This document shows positions 53,107-63,441 of a stretch of DNA of 64,000 bases, piece after piece. Each line of letters starts with the position of its first letter. Positions within the stretch are counted from its first letter, which is position 1. Position numbers and translations under genes: made by a program. Source of the stretch: a candidate division FCPU426 bacterium (GTDB lineage: Bacteria; Oederibacteriota; Muellerivitia; Muellerivitales; DAHXKG01); assembly GCA_027366525.1 (NCBI GenBank), contig DAHXKG010000003.1:5453-69452 (forward strand), read 5' to 3'. The notes beneath the pieces were generated by a model, which worked only from the letters and a program-made list of their open reading frames with translations, was not told where the DNA came from and did no database searches.

Positions 53107-54015
53107 TTAATTTTTAAATACTTGGCCTGTAATACGCTCATACGCCTCAATATATTTTAAACGAGTTTTTGCAATGACTTCATCGGGCAGCGTAGGCCCT
53201 GGCGGTGTTTGATCCCACTTCAAGGTCAATAAATAATCTCTTACAAATTGTTTGTCAAAACTCTTTTGAGATTGGCCTTCTTGATACCCATCTAAGGGCC
53301 AAAATCGTGAAGAATCCGGGGTTAAAATCTCATCAATTAAAAGCAATTGACCTTTATATAATCCAAATTCAAATTTAGTATCGGCAATTATAATTCCTTT
53401 TTTTTCAGCTAAGTCCCGTCCCAATTGATAAAGCTTTAAACTGATGTCCTTAATTTGATTGGCTAAGGCGTTATCTTTAAGAATTTGCTTCATCGTTTCA
53501 AATGAAATATTCACATCGTGACCTTGGGTTGCTTTGGTCGATGGTGTAAATAAGGGTTCCGGAAGTCGAGACGCTTCTACTAACCTCGGTGGAAGAGATA
53601 TGCCAGAAACTTTACCGGTTTGCTGATACTCTTTTAATCCCGAACCTGTTAAATATCCGCGAACAATACATTCGACGGGAAGCGGTTTGCATTTTTTAAC
53701 CAGCATACTTCGCCCCTCAATTTGGGGGTTTTCTTTTTTTTGAAAAATTTCTGGAAAATCCGTTGATGTGATTGAAAGCGCATGATTCGTAATGATTGAG
53801 TGTGTTTGTTGAAACCAATAATGCGAAATTTGATTTAATACTTTGCCCTTATCCGGAATTCCACTGGGTAATACCACATCAAATGCAGAAATGCGATCGG
53901 TTACCACAATCAACAATTGATCTCCTAAATCATAGATATCACGAACTTTGCCTCGTTGAGGCAAAGGGACACCTGGAATAGTCGTTTGTAATACCACTGC
54001 ATCCGCCTGGGTCAT
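53107..54015 (-). CDS. purC: SAICAR synthetase
   Basis: GKVRDIY, DRISAFD, ADTKFEFG, DEILTPDSSRFW. Confidence 0.96.
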   Translation of the reverse strand: MTQADAVVLQTTIPGVPLPQRGKVRDIYDLGDQLLIVVTDRISAFDVVLPSGIPDKGKVLNQISHYWFQQTHSIITNHALSITSTDFPEIFQKKENPQIEGRSMLVKKCKPLPVECIVRGYLTGSGLKEYQQTGKVSGISLPPRLVEASRLPEPLFTPSTKATQGHDVNISFETMKQILKDNALANQIKDISLKLYQLGRDLAEKKGIIIADTKFEFGLYKGQLLLIDEILTPDSSRFWPLDGYQEGQSQKSFDKQFVRDYLLTLKWDQTPPGPTLPDEVIAKTRLKYIEAYERITGQVFKN

Positions 54016-54986
54016 TTTTCATATCCTTTATTTTTATTTTTCAACAATTGTTGGACATACGTTGCGATGCCTTCCTCTAAAGAAATAAATGAATCTTGAA
54101 ATCCGACATTGCGGGTTTTAGTCATATCGGCTTGAGTAAAATATTGATATCCATTTCTAAACTTTTCAGGCGTTGGAATCCATTCAATATTGACAGGCAC
54201 TTGTAACGTTTTGAATAAACTTAGCGCCATATCATAAAAACTCCGGGCTTGTCCTGTTCCACAATTATATATTCCCGATGCTGGTCTTTTTTTTGAAAAG
54301 AAACAACATAAGCGGACAATGTCATCAATAAAAATAAAATCCCTTTTTTGTTGTCCATCGGGAATATCGGCGCGATGCGATTTAAATAAAATCATTTTTT
54401 TCCCGGTTTGAATCTGATGAAAACCATGATAAATGGTTGAAGCCATACGTCCCTTGTGATTTTCATCAAATCCAAAAACATTAAAAAATTTCAATCCATA
54501 CCATGCGGGAGGCGTTTTAGGCTGTTGAAGTGCCCAAAGATCAAAATCCTGTTTGCTTTGACCATAAAGATTCAGTGGTTTTAATTTGAAAATTCGGGCA
54601 TGATCATCGGAATATCCAAACTCACCTGAACCATACGTTGCCGCACTCGAAGCATAAATAAGTGGAATCTGTCTTTCTGTACACCATTTAAAAATCGTAC
54701 ATGTATAATCCGTATTCCATTTTTTTAAATAGTTTTCATCCGTTTGCCCTGTATCCGTACAAGCACCCAAATGAAAAACTATTTTAATTGAAGTTAACCT
54801 GGGTAATCGGTCTAAAAATTGATCTCGATCAATAAAAGGAACACTTGCTAATCCTTGGGCACAAGATCGTGAACGACCATTTGAAAATGAATCGACTAAA
54901 AGAAGTTCTTCTTCTTGTGTTTGCAATAACTGATGCGCTAATTGACTTCCAATAAATCCATAAGCTCCCGTTATTAAAATAGCCAT
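54012..54986 (-). CDS. hldD: ADP-L-glycero-D-manno-heptose-6-epimerase
   Basis: ITGAYGFIGS, YASSAATYG, PLNLYG.SK, HKGRMAS, YQYFTQAD. Confidence 0.92.
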   Translation of the reverse strand: MAILITGAYGFIGSQLAHQLLQTQEEELLLVDSFSNGRSRSCAQGLASVPFIDRDQFLDRLPRLTSIKIVFHLGACTDTGQTDENYLKKWNTDYTCTIFKWCTERQIPLIYASSAATYGSGEFGYSDDHARIFKLKPLNLYGQSKQDFDLWALQQPKTPPAWYGLKFFNVFGFDENHKGRMASTIYHGFHQIQTGKKMILFKSHRADIPDGQQKRDFIFIDDIVRLCCFFSKKRPASGIYNCGTGQARSFYDMALSLFKTLQVPVNIEWIPTPEKFRNGYQYFTQADMTKTRNVGFQDSFISLEEGIATYVQQLLKNKNKGYEK

Positions 54987-55124
54987 GATCTCATCTAATA
55001 TATCAAATTTTAATTTAAACTTTTAACCGTATTACTTTTATTGGTTTTTAAAAATTTCTGTATTCAATTTCTTAGATAAAATTAATGATTTAAAAATATG
55101 AACCTCAATTTTTCTAGAAAAAAA

Positions 55125-56057
55125 TTACGGCAACTTAATCCAACTCTTCAAGCTTAAGTCCGGATTCAATTCAATAATCGAGTTATTATGATTATCATAA
55201 GTCCACACATTACCCTTCCCATCAACCGAAACTTGCCAACTCGCAGGGGACGTCAAACTTGATGTATGAATCACTTGCTCCGTCGCTAAATCTATTTCAG
55301 AAATTTGCCCCTCACCATCAACATAATAAATATCCGTGTTCTCATTATTCAAGGTGATTCCCGCTAGTTCCGATGCACTGGCCGGAATTGTCTTTAACAA
55401 TACCCCATTCGAGGTATATTCATTAATAGCCTCTGTGTCATAATCAGCAACATAAACTTCCCCTTGATTGCTTAACGCGATTCCAAAAAAATCATCATAA
55501 CTTTTTGATGCTCCTGGCCACTGCTTCAGAACTACTCCCGTACGGGGATTAAGCTGTAAAATACCATAACCTGAACCACTATAATAATCACTCGCTTCCA
55601 CTTGATCGGATGCATTCACGGAAATCGCCGTTGGATAATATATATCAGGTCCTGAACTCGTCCAGAGAAGTTTCCCTTGGGGCGTATACTTTTCTATACG
55701 GTCATTATAGGTATTCGCCACATAAATATTGCCCGCCGGCCCCAAAGCCATATCATACGGATCAACAAACCTTTTCCAAGAAGTGACTGCCATTCCGGAG
55801 GGGCTATAGATGTTGATCGCATCTTTACCATAGTCTAGTACATCAATATCGCCAGAGCCACTGACACAGACTTGAGTTGCATAACTTCCTGAATAACTTT
55901 GGCCTAAAACCAAGGGAGTCGGAGGGACGGATCGCGTGGGCTCAGCCACAGGCACCATTGAACCTGAAGTCATGGGATTTGTATTGGACTTGCACGCTAA
56001 GGGTAACCAAAGACTGCCAATGCACAAAAGTCCCAATAAAAATTGTTTATTCGTCAT
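55125..56057 (-). CDS. NHL-repeat beta-propeller lipoprotein
   Basis: Lipobox-like PLAC; repeats P.DMAL...GNIYVA...N.RI.K. Confidence 0.8.
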   Translation of the reverse strand: MTNKQFLLGLLCIGSLWLPLACKSNTNPMTSGSMVPVAEPTRSVPPTPLVLGQSYSGSYATQVCVSGSGDIDVLDYGKDAINIYSPSGMAVTSWKRFVDPYDMALGPAGNIYVANTYNDRIEKYTPQGKLLWTSSGPDIYYPTAISVNASDQVEASDYYSGSGYGILQLNPRTGVVLKQWPGASKSYDDFFGIALSNQGEVYVADYDTEAINEYTSNGVLLKTIPASASELAGITLNNENTDIYYVDGEGQISEIDLATEQVIHTSSLTSPASWQVSVDGKGNVWTYDNHNNSIIELNPDLSLKSWIKLP

Positions 56058-56172
56058 TTAAAATTCTCTTTTCAAAAAATGGATTTAACCTTCATCTCAA
56101 AACGCATTAACTATAATCAATTCAATGCGTGTTGTAAAGAAATTTATCCACGCTTTCAAAATAAACGATACG

Positions 56173-57270
56173 TTATATAGCTAATCGTTGTGGCAAAAAA
56201 GGATCTAAAGACAATTCCGGCTGCTCATTTAAAATGGACTGAGTAATCAATCGGGCGGTTCCTGGTGCTTGTACAATGCCATGTTTATAATGCCCGGAGG
56301 CCATCCAAACATTTTCGAGTGGACTTAATTTTCCTAAAATCGGGTATTCATCTACGGATTTAGGACGTAGTCCAGACCAAGTTTTTTCAATCAACGATTC
56401 TTGAAATTTTGGAAATACTTTGCGTGCTCCGTTTTTCAGTTTTGAGAGTCCTTCGGATGTAACGGATTTATCAAATCCGACATCCTCCAGTGTACTTCCA
56501 ACAAAAATACGTCCATCCAAGCGTGGAACCACATAAACCGTAGGCGTAAATAAAATATGTTTCAATTGAATTTGTGGAGAATAAAAAAGTATCGCTTGAC
56601 CTCGAATGGGTTTAATCCAATTAGGCATGCCTAATTGATTCAATAAAAGGCTTGTCCAAGCTCCGCTAGCAATAACCAATTGATCAATGGGAATACGTCT
56701 TTGCGAAGTTTCGATGGATTCCACGCGATTTTGATGAATATGGAATGCTTGAATGGTTTCATGTGTATGAAACAACACCTGACGATGATTTAAAACCTGA
56801 GTTAAGGCTTGTAAAAGCCGGGGAGATCGTACTTGACGTGTAACCGGTAGATACAAAGCGCGGGCGATATCGGATGCGATATCGGGTTCGCTCGCCTGAA
56901 CTTGTTTTTTCGAGAACCATTCAAAATCAATCTGCCTTTTTTGCATTCGATCTTCGACGACCTTCATTTGTACTTCATCTTCCAAAGTCCAGCCTAAGGT
57001 TAAACTTCCCGAGCGTACATATTCGGGATCCACCGTACTCTCTTGCTTAATCCGATCAATAAATTCCGGAAAACAATCATAGGAAAACTTGCACAGTGAA
57101 AAAAGTGCTTCTTCCCCCCAAGGAATATTAAAATCTAGATAGCCCGCTGCTGCCCAAGAAGCCTCTTGCCCTAATTCATTTTTTTCAAAAATTTGAACCT
57201 CACAATTTCGATACGTCAGATATTCAGCAATCGAAAGTCCAATCAGGCCGCCTCCAATAATGGTGATCAT
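56173..57270 (-). CDS. thiO: Glycine oxidase (ThiO/DAO family)
   Basis: IIGGGLIG, ASWAAAG, PIRGQ, GLRP, GHYKHG; ATG 57270 after AGGAG. Confidence 0.8.
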   Translation of the reverse strand: MITIIGGGLIGLSIAEYLTYRNCEVQIFEKNELGQEASWAAAGYLDFNIPWGEEALFSLCKFSYDCFPEFIDRIKQESTVDPEYVRSGSLTLGWTLEDEVQMKVVEDRMQKRQIDFEWFSKKQVQASEPDIASDIARALYLPVTRQVRSPRLLQALTQVLNHRQVLFHTHETIQAFHIHQNRVESIETSQRRIPIDQLVIASGAWTSLLLNQLGMPNWIKPIRGQAILFYSPQIQLKHILFTPTVYVVPRLDGRIFVGSTLEDVGFDKSVTSEGLSKLKNGARKVFPKFQESLIEKTWSGLRPKSVDEYPILGKLSPLENVWMASGHYKHGIVQAPGTARLITQSILNEQPELSLDPFLPQRLAI

Positions 57271-58706
57271 ATTTTTATCTCCTGAAAATTTTTTGAAAAT
57301 GTCGCCGTGGAAATTTCTGCTCGTACTTTTGGAAGACTTTGTGGATATTGTTGCTGGAGGTAAATAACGACTTTTTCTCGTATTGCACATCTTAAATCCC
57401 ATAATTGAGCAGAGTCCTTGGCAGTTACCAGAATACGAAGTTGCATGGCCTGTTCATTCGAATCTGTGACTTGCAAATTCCAAAGTCGTTGATCCCAAAG
57501 CGGCTGGGTTTCAATTACATCTTTTAACATTTTACGCAGTTCCTCCAAAGGGACCGTATAATCAACCCAAATAAACACTGCGCCGATCAATTTTGAAGAT
57601 AATCGAGTCCAGTTCTGGAACGGTTTTTCAATAAAATAACTCAAAGGAATCACCAATCGACGATCATCCCAAATATGCAGAATGACATATGTCAACGTAA
57701 TTTCTTCAATACGCCCCCATTCACCTTCGATAACCACCACATCATCCATCCGAATCGGCTGGGTTAAAGCAATCTGAATCCCTGCAAAAAAATTTGCAAT
57801 GGTTTTTTGCACGGCAAATCCCAGTACAATGCCCGCGACGCCAGCCGAAGCTAAGAGGCTCGCCCCCAAATCTCGTACGCTCTTAAATAACATCAAAATA
57901 GAAATCAATGTAAAAAATGCAATGAGCGAATACAAGATGCGCCCAATCACCCGAACATGGGTGTGAATTTTTCTGGCCTGTAAATTATTAGTCGTATCCA
58001 AACCATATTGTTTTAAGATGGTTTTCTCACCCACCTGAACGATTTCATAAAAGACTAATGCTATCGCGATAATGAATACTATATTTATGATTTGAGTCAT
58101 TATGGGTTGAGCTGGCATAGATAAGTTCAAACGCGTGATGACCCAATCCACGCTGATCACAACAATAAGAATACGTAAAATTTTTCCTGCAAGTTGAATG
58201 AACAATTCATTCCATAAGTTCACCGTTCGGGTTTTCCAAGTTTCAAGGATACCTTCGAACCAATAGGTCCATTGGAAAACCACCCAAAATCCTAAAATCA
58301 TTAAGATCAAATCCATGAGGCGATTGATTTTTTCTAAACCCATGGCATGGCCCATGAACCAACGGGTCATCAGCGCTCCCATCATCAAATATCCTATGAC
58401 TGCCCATAAAATAAGGATCAAAGGTTTTTGAAGGCGTTCATATGAAAGATTTATTTCTTGAAGAGTAACGTGTTTTTGGGGATCTTGCTTTTTTTTGAAA
58501 ATTTTTTTCAATCCCAGATGGAGTCCCAAACCTATCATCAAAAAAATTAATGAACTTTCAATGTTGCTCCATGTGAGCCCTCCAAGTATCGATTGCTGAG
58601 CAAGGGAGCCTTCTAAGGAATTTAACTCATGTTGAAATACGCTAAAAATTTTTAAGCATATTCCGCTGGAGGCAGCATTAAATGTCAGCTTCTGGAGTCC
58701 CACCAA
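57267..58706 (-). CDS. MscS-family mechanosensitive channel
   Basis: ASLLASAG, AGIQIA.TQPIR.DD, WD.RRLV.P; start uncertain. Confidence 0.9.
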   Translation of the reverse strand: MVGLQKLTFNAASSGICLKIFSVFQHELNSLEGSLAQQSILGGLTWSNIESSLIFLMIGLGLHLGLKKIFKKKQDPQKHVTLQEINLSYERLQKPLILILWAVIGYLMMGALMTRWFMGHAMGLEKINRLMDLILMILGFWVVFQWTYWFEGILETWKTRTVNLWNELFIQLAGKILRILIVVISVDWVITRLNLSMPAQPIMTQIINIVFIIAIALVFYEIVQVGEKTILKQYGLDTTNNLQARKIHTHVRVIGRILYSLIAFFTLISILMLFKSVRDLGASLLASAGVAGIVLGFAVQKTIANFFAGIQIALTQPIRMDDVVVIEGEWGRIEEITLTYVILHIWDDRRLVIPLSYFIEKPFQNWTRLSSKLIGAVFIWVDYTVPLEELRKMLKDVIETQPLWDQRLWNLQVTDSNEQAMQLRILVTAKDSAQLWDLRCAIREKVVIYLQQQYPQSLPKVRAEISTATFSKNFQEIKI

Positions 58707-58857
58707 TTCACCTAGTTCATTTCGAATATCATGAACACTAGCTTAAAACGGATTCGGTTGGAGTTCAAGCGGTCCCTGGTCAAATCCACTTAAAAAAGGA
58801 TGGCACTCCCGCTTTCACACGTTAACGATTGAACGCGTCATGCCGACTTGATCGAAA

Positions 58858-59271
58858 TTAATTTGAAAGGAATTTTTTTTTCAAAGCGTCTGGGACGGCA
58901 GTGGGTTTCAGTCGCTGGTTTACAAATACGAGAACCTGTTTTGCATCGGCAATTAAGGTTTTATCTTTTTTCAGGCGAAATTCATACGCTAAGGTTATGG
59001 ATGTTTTCCCGATTTTTTCAATCCATCCGGAGGCGATCAGGCTATCTTCAAAATGAGCGGGGGATTGATAATTGATTTCAACGTGAGCCATTACCGTCCA
59101 AAGTTTTAAATCCCGGACTTGCTTAAAAGAGAATCCATAGGCCTTCGAAAGGGCATATCGAATACGTTCAATAAATCGTATAAATTCCGTATTATTAACA
59201 ATTCCGACATAATCCGTTTCAAAAGACATAATAACAATTTCAATTGAAACTTTTTTAGATGCAGTTTTCAT
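58858..59271 (-). CDS. Acyl-CoA thioesterase (4HBT/YbgC hotdog)
   Basis: ETDYVGIVNN..F.R..E..R motif. Confidence 0.85.
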   Translation of the reverse strand: MKTASKKVSIEIVIMSFETDYVGIVNNTEFIRFIERIRYALSKAYGFSFKQVRDLKLWTVMAHVEINYQSPAHFEDSLIASGWIEKIGKTSITLAYEFRLKKDKTLIADAKQVLVFVNQRLKPTAVPDALKKKFLSN

Positions 59272-59278
59272 GCTGAAT

Positions 59279-60400
59279 TCAAATTCTCATCGGCATGATT
59301 ACGCAAAGATAATCTGCATCCGCTTTGCTCTTAAAAATACAAGGATTTAATGGTTGCGTAAATTGCAATTCGACTTGTTCATTTCCAAGATTTTTAAGTG
59401 CATCCAATACATACTTGGCATTATAGGCAATGGTGGTTTCTTCGCCTTCGTATTGAATATCTAAATCCTCTTTGGCTTCACCCATGTCCGGCGTCTTTGA
59501 AGATATCGTGATCTTGCCTTTTTGGATTTTAAAGCGAATAGAATAGGATTTATCCGAAGCTAAAATTGAAACCCGTTTGGTGGCCGCTGTTAACTCTGGA
59601 ACGGACATCGTGGCTTGTTTGTCTGTTTCTTTGGGAATCACTTGTTCATAGTTGGGAAATTGGCCTTCTAAAAGTCGTGTGACTAATTCAACACCTCCCA
59701 TCAGAAACTTCATTTGATTTTCGGTTGAAAAAATTTCAACTACAGCTTCTTCTTCCTGCCCTTTAAATACATCTGCTGTAATTCTTGAAACTTCATTCAA
59801 AGCTTTTGTGGGAATAATCACGCTTCGATTTTCTGGCAATTTCGTATAGTCAGCCTTTTTTTTAACCCAAGCTAATCGATGGCCATCGGTAGCGACCATT
59901 CGCATTTGATCCTTGGTTAACTCAAAGAGCACACCATTTAGAACATAGCGCGTCTCATCTAACGAAACAGCAAAAATAGTTTTACGAATCATTTCCTGAA
60001 GCACGAGTGCTTTTAGTTTTAGTGGATTATCCTTTTTTACTTCAGGAAGAATAGGATAATCATCTTTGGCCATTCCATGAATTTTAAATTGTGATTTTTT
60101 ACATACTAAAATAACTCGATGGTTTTCATCGGTTTCAATATCAACACTTGCGTCTGGAAGTTCTCGACAGATATCCGATAATTTTTTTGCATTAACGGTA
60201 ATGGATCCTGGATCCACAATTTCAGCAGGAATAGAGCATTTGATCCCGACATCCAGATCGGTTGCTGTTAAATCCAATTTGGTATCCCGAGCTTCTAAAA
60301 GAACATTCGATAAGATCGGCATGGTTCCCTTGATAGGAACCGCACTTAAGATGGTTTGGATACCTTTTTGTAAGTCTTGACGACTAAGTACAATTTTCAT
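59279..60400 (-). CDS. dnaN: DNA polymerase III beta clamp
   Basis: PILSNVL, ATDLD, VATDGHRL, MPMRI end. Confidence 0.97.
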   Translation of the reverse strand: MKIVLSRQDLQKGIQTILSAVPIKGTMPILSNVLLEARDTKLDLTATDLDVGIKCSIPAEIVDPGSITVNAKKLSDICRELPDASVDIETDENHRVILVCKKSQFKIHGMAKDDYPILPEVKKDNPLKLKALVLQEMIRKTIFAVSLDETRYVLNGVLFELTKDQMRMVATDGHRLAWVKKKADYTKLPENRSVIIPTKALNEVSRITADVFKGQEEEAVVEIFSTENQMKFLMGGVELVTRLLEGQFPNYEQVIPKETDKQATMSVPELTAATKRVSILASDKSYSIRFKIQKGKITISSKTPDMGEAKEDLDIQYEGEETTIAYNAKYVLDALKNLGNEQVELQFTQPLNPCIFKSKADADYLCVIMPMRI

Positions 60401-60424
60401 GAGAACTCCTTTATCGATGATTCG

Positions 60425-60645
60425 GTTTATAAATTAAATATATAAATAAATTAGTAGTACTAATAGTACCTGGAATTATGTGGAAAAAAATCTAAAACCG
60501 CATGTTTTTAAGTCATAAACTCTTAATTTACTCATAGAATAACTTGTGGATATTATAAAGGAAATCCACCGCCTCGCAATAAAATTGATAGTTACACACA
60601 AAATTCAGAAATGGAAAAGGCGATTCTGAATAAAGCGTGGATAAA
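60425..60645. other. oriC unwinding region: AT-rich tract, DnaA-trios, DnaA boxes
   Basis: TAGTAGTACTAATAGTA 60452-60468; boxes TGTGGAAAA 60479, TGTGGATAT 60545, CGTGGATAA 60636; between dnaA and dnaN. Confidence 0.85.
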
Positions 60646-60651
60646 AAGTAT

Positions 60652-62034
60652 TTATGCATTAGAGATAGAAGTTTGATGAATCCGCGCTTTGAGGAGGTCT
60701 ATTTCATCTTGTAGGAGAATGTTTTGATGAAGCAATTCGTCAATTTTTTCATAGGCATGAATAATTGTTGTATGATCTTTCCCTCCAAACTCAGCACCAA
60801 TCTCGCTTAGGGAATGCGAAGTAAGTTCTCGAGAAAGATACATGGCAACTTGACGTGGAAACGCCACTTGTTTCGTTCGACGTTTGGATTTCATATCTGA
60901 AAATTTGCAATTATAATGCTCGGCCGTAATGCGTTGAATAAGATCAATCGAAATTTTTCGAACTTCTCGAGCAAAAGTATCTTTAAGAATGTCTTGAACG
61001 AGTTTTAGCGTTACGGGTTGGGAGGTCATAGAAGCATATGCGATCACGCGCAACATAGAACCTTCGAGTTCTCGAATATTAGCTTTGACATGATTGGCAA
61101 TAAATTGCGTGACTTCATTCGAGACAACAATGTGTTCATGTTCAGCTTTTTTCCGAAGAATCGCAATACGTGTTTCCAGATCAGGTTCTTGAATATCCGT
61201 AATCAATCCCATTTCAAAACGATTACGAAGTCGGGCTTCGAGTTTAATTTCTTTGGGGTGGCTATCGGAAGTAGCCACAATTTGTTTTTGAGCTTCATAG
61301 AGAACATTGAACGTATGAAAAAATTCTTCCTGCGTAGCTTCTTTACCTTCCCAGAATTGAATATCATCAATGAGGAGCACATCCACGGTTCGATATTTGT
61401 TGCGAAAATCAAATTGTTTGCCCGATTGAATGGAATGAATAAAGTCGTTCATAAAGCGTTCGGAAGAGATGTAAAGAATTCGTTGGGAAGGATTTTTCAG
61501 CTGAACATAGTTACCAATGGCTTGGAGTAAATGGGTTTTTCCAAGACCGACCCCACCATAGATAAAAAGCGGATTGTATGATCGGGCGGGAGCATCTCCA
61601 ACGGCTAAACAGGCAGCATGAGAAAAACGGTTGCTATTTCCAACAACAAAACTGTCAAAAGTAAATTTAGGGTTTAAAATACAATCCGAATCCACTCGAG
61701 ATTTTTCCGGCGTCAAGGATACGGATTTTGAACGTTCTAAAGGTTCCGAGGAAGGAAGAAAAGGCTCCGTTACATTCGATTCGACGTGACTCGGAATTTC
61801 AAATTGAATTTCTAATTGTTGAGGATAAACCTGATTTAACGCTTGTTGAAGTTGAACGTGATAATGATCTAGAATCCACGTCTTAAAAAATTCACTGGGA
61901 ACGGTGATTTTTAAAATTTTATCGTTTATTAAAGCGGCTCGAGTCGGTTGAAACCAAGTTTCAAAGCTTTGCGAGGTGAGGTTTAATTTTAACTGCTCTA
62001 AACATTGATCCCAAAGCTTAGAAGATGAATTCAT
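60652..62034 (-). CDS. dnaA: Chromosomal replication initiator DnaA
   Basis: YNPLFIYGGVGLGKTHL, LLIDDIQF, QEEFFHTFN, GGKDHTT; ATG 62034. Confidence 0.98.
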   Translation of the reverse strand: MNSSSKLWDQCLEQLKLNLTSQSFETWFQPTRAALINDKILKITVPSEFFKTWILDHYHVQLQQALNQVYPQQLEIQFEIPSHVESNVTEPFLPSSEPLERSKSVSLTPEKSRVDSDCILNPKFTFDSFVVGNSNRFSHAACLAVGDAPARSYNPLFIYGGVGLGKTHLLQAIGNYVQLKNPSQRILYISSERFMNDFIHSIQSGKQFDFRNKYRTVDVLLIDDIQFWEGKEATQEEFFHTFNVLYEAQKQIVATSDSHPKEIKLEARLRNRFEMGLITDIQEPDLETRIAILRKKAEHEHIVVSNEVTQFIANHVKANIRELEGSMLRVIAYASMTSQPVTLKLVQDILKDTFAREVRKISIDLIQRITAEHYNCKFSDMKSKRRTKQVAFPRQVAMYLSRELTSHSLSEIGAEFGGKDHTTIIHAYEKIDELLHQNILLQDEIDLLKARIHQTSISNA

Positions 62035-62200
62035 CCACAAGGCCTTTCTTTTCTAAAATCGGTTAAAAACACTTTAAAATCAACCATTTTTTAATTGATG
62101 GATTGAGTTATTCACGATTTATCCACTTTAATATAGAAGCAAAATAAATCGATTTTTTAAAATCATACACCACTTATACACAATTTGTGCATAAGTGGAT
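62031..62200. promoter_or_regulatory. DnaA-box cluster upstream of dnaA
   Basis: TCATCCACA 62031, TTATCCACT 62119, TTATACACA 62174, TGTGCATAA 62186. Confidence 0.75.
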
Positions 62201-62493
62201 CAATCGTTGGAGCATGATTACTTATATTTTTAAAATACATAAAAATCACCTACCATTTTTTAAAAAACACATTCCTTTCGGAGATCTCTATTCAACATGG
62301 ATTCTAACTTTAAAATCAAGTTACGAATGCCCAGCTTCAAAATCAGGCAAGTGAACAAAGTTCAAACATATTTTTTAAAAATCAATTCTGTTAATACTCT
62401 TTTAATTCTTTTTTCATTGAAGTCAAGAAAAAATTTTTTTTAAAAAGCCTTATAAATTCAAAATTTTTATTTATTTTTTTCGCTTGATAATTT

Positions 62494-63441
62494 TTAAAAA
62501 ATATTTTTTAAAAAAATCAAGAAAAAGAGCATTCCTAAACACCCTCCTAAGGAGATTTTTAAAAGCCGAAGTCCGCGAAGGAGGTCTGAAGATTTCGGTC
62601 GAGACGCGGAGGCATTTAAAAAAGGCAAGACATATTTTTGGCCTTCATAAACATTGATGCCGCCTAAGCGGACTTGAAGTGCACCTGCAAAAGCGGATTC
62701 CGCATGAGCCGCATTGGGGCTAGGATGGCAACGGCGATCGCTGAAAAAAACGCGAAGACAATCTCGAAACGAAAAAGGCCCCCATAGGGTTGCTGGAGCA
62801 ATGAAGAGGATGGAGAGACGAGCCGGAAAAAAATTAAACAGATCATCCAGTTTAGCCACGGCCCAGCCTAAACGCTGATAGGGAGGATCCGGATGACCAA
62901 TCATGGAATCACCGGTGCTAATCACTTTGAATAGAAAAGCCAGAGGCACACCGCCCAACAGGCCCCAAAAAATAGGCGATAAAAAACCATCGATAAAACT
63001 TTCCGATAAACTTTCAAGCGTGGCTCGTGTAATTTCGGTTGAAGAAAGATGATCCGTTTCACGTCCGACTAAGTGTGACAGTGTTTGTCTAGCGTGGGCG
63101 AGATGATGTCTTTTTAAATCGTCATGAATCGATGTTCCGAGTTGTATTAAACTTTTAAACGATAGACAAAAATAAAAAAGAATGGATTCGATTCCAAGAA
63201 AGGCGATCGCGGAGTAGTGATGGATCCAGGAGAGTAAAATCCAAAGTGGTAAAACGAAGGTCATGCTAATTAAACACACCAGTAAGCCACCTTGAAATCG
63301 AGAAGCGTTTTTAAAAAAATGTTGACCCCAGGTATACCCGAAACCCATCCAACGAACGGGGTGCGGCCAAGTCTCCGGGTCGCCTAGAATTAAATCGAGA
63401 CCAATAGCGATCAATAGGGCTTGAGCATGATTTTCAATCAT
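62494..63441 (-). CDS. cbiB: Adenosylcobinamide-phosphate synthase
   Basis: GDP..WPHPV, LVGRET, DG..SP, DSMIG, HPSPNA..AE.A.AGAL. Confidence 0.9.
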   Translation of the reverse strand: MIENHAQALLIAIGLDLILGDPETWPHPVRWMGFGYTWGQHFFKNASRFQGGLLVCLISMTFVLPLWILLSWIHHYSAIAFLGIESILFYFCLSFKSLIQLGTSIHDDLKRHHLAHARQTLSHLVGRETDHLSSTEITRATLESLSESFIDGFLSPIFWGLLGGVPLAFLFKVISTGDSMIGHPDPPYQRLGWAVAKLDDLFNFFPARLSILFIAPATLWGPFSFRDCLRVFFSDRRCHPSPNAAHAESAFAGALQVRLGGINVYEGQKYVLPFLNASASRPKSSDLLRGLRLLKISLGGCLGMLFFLIFLKNIF

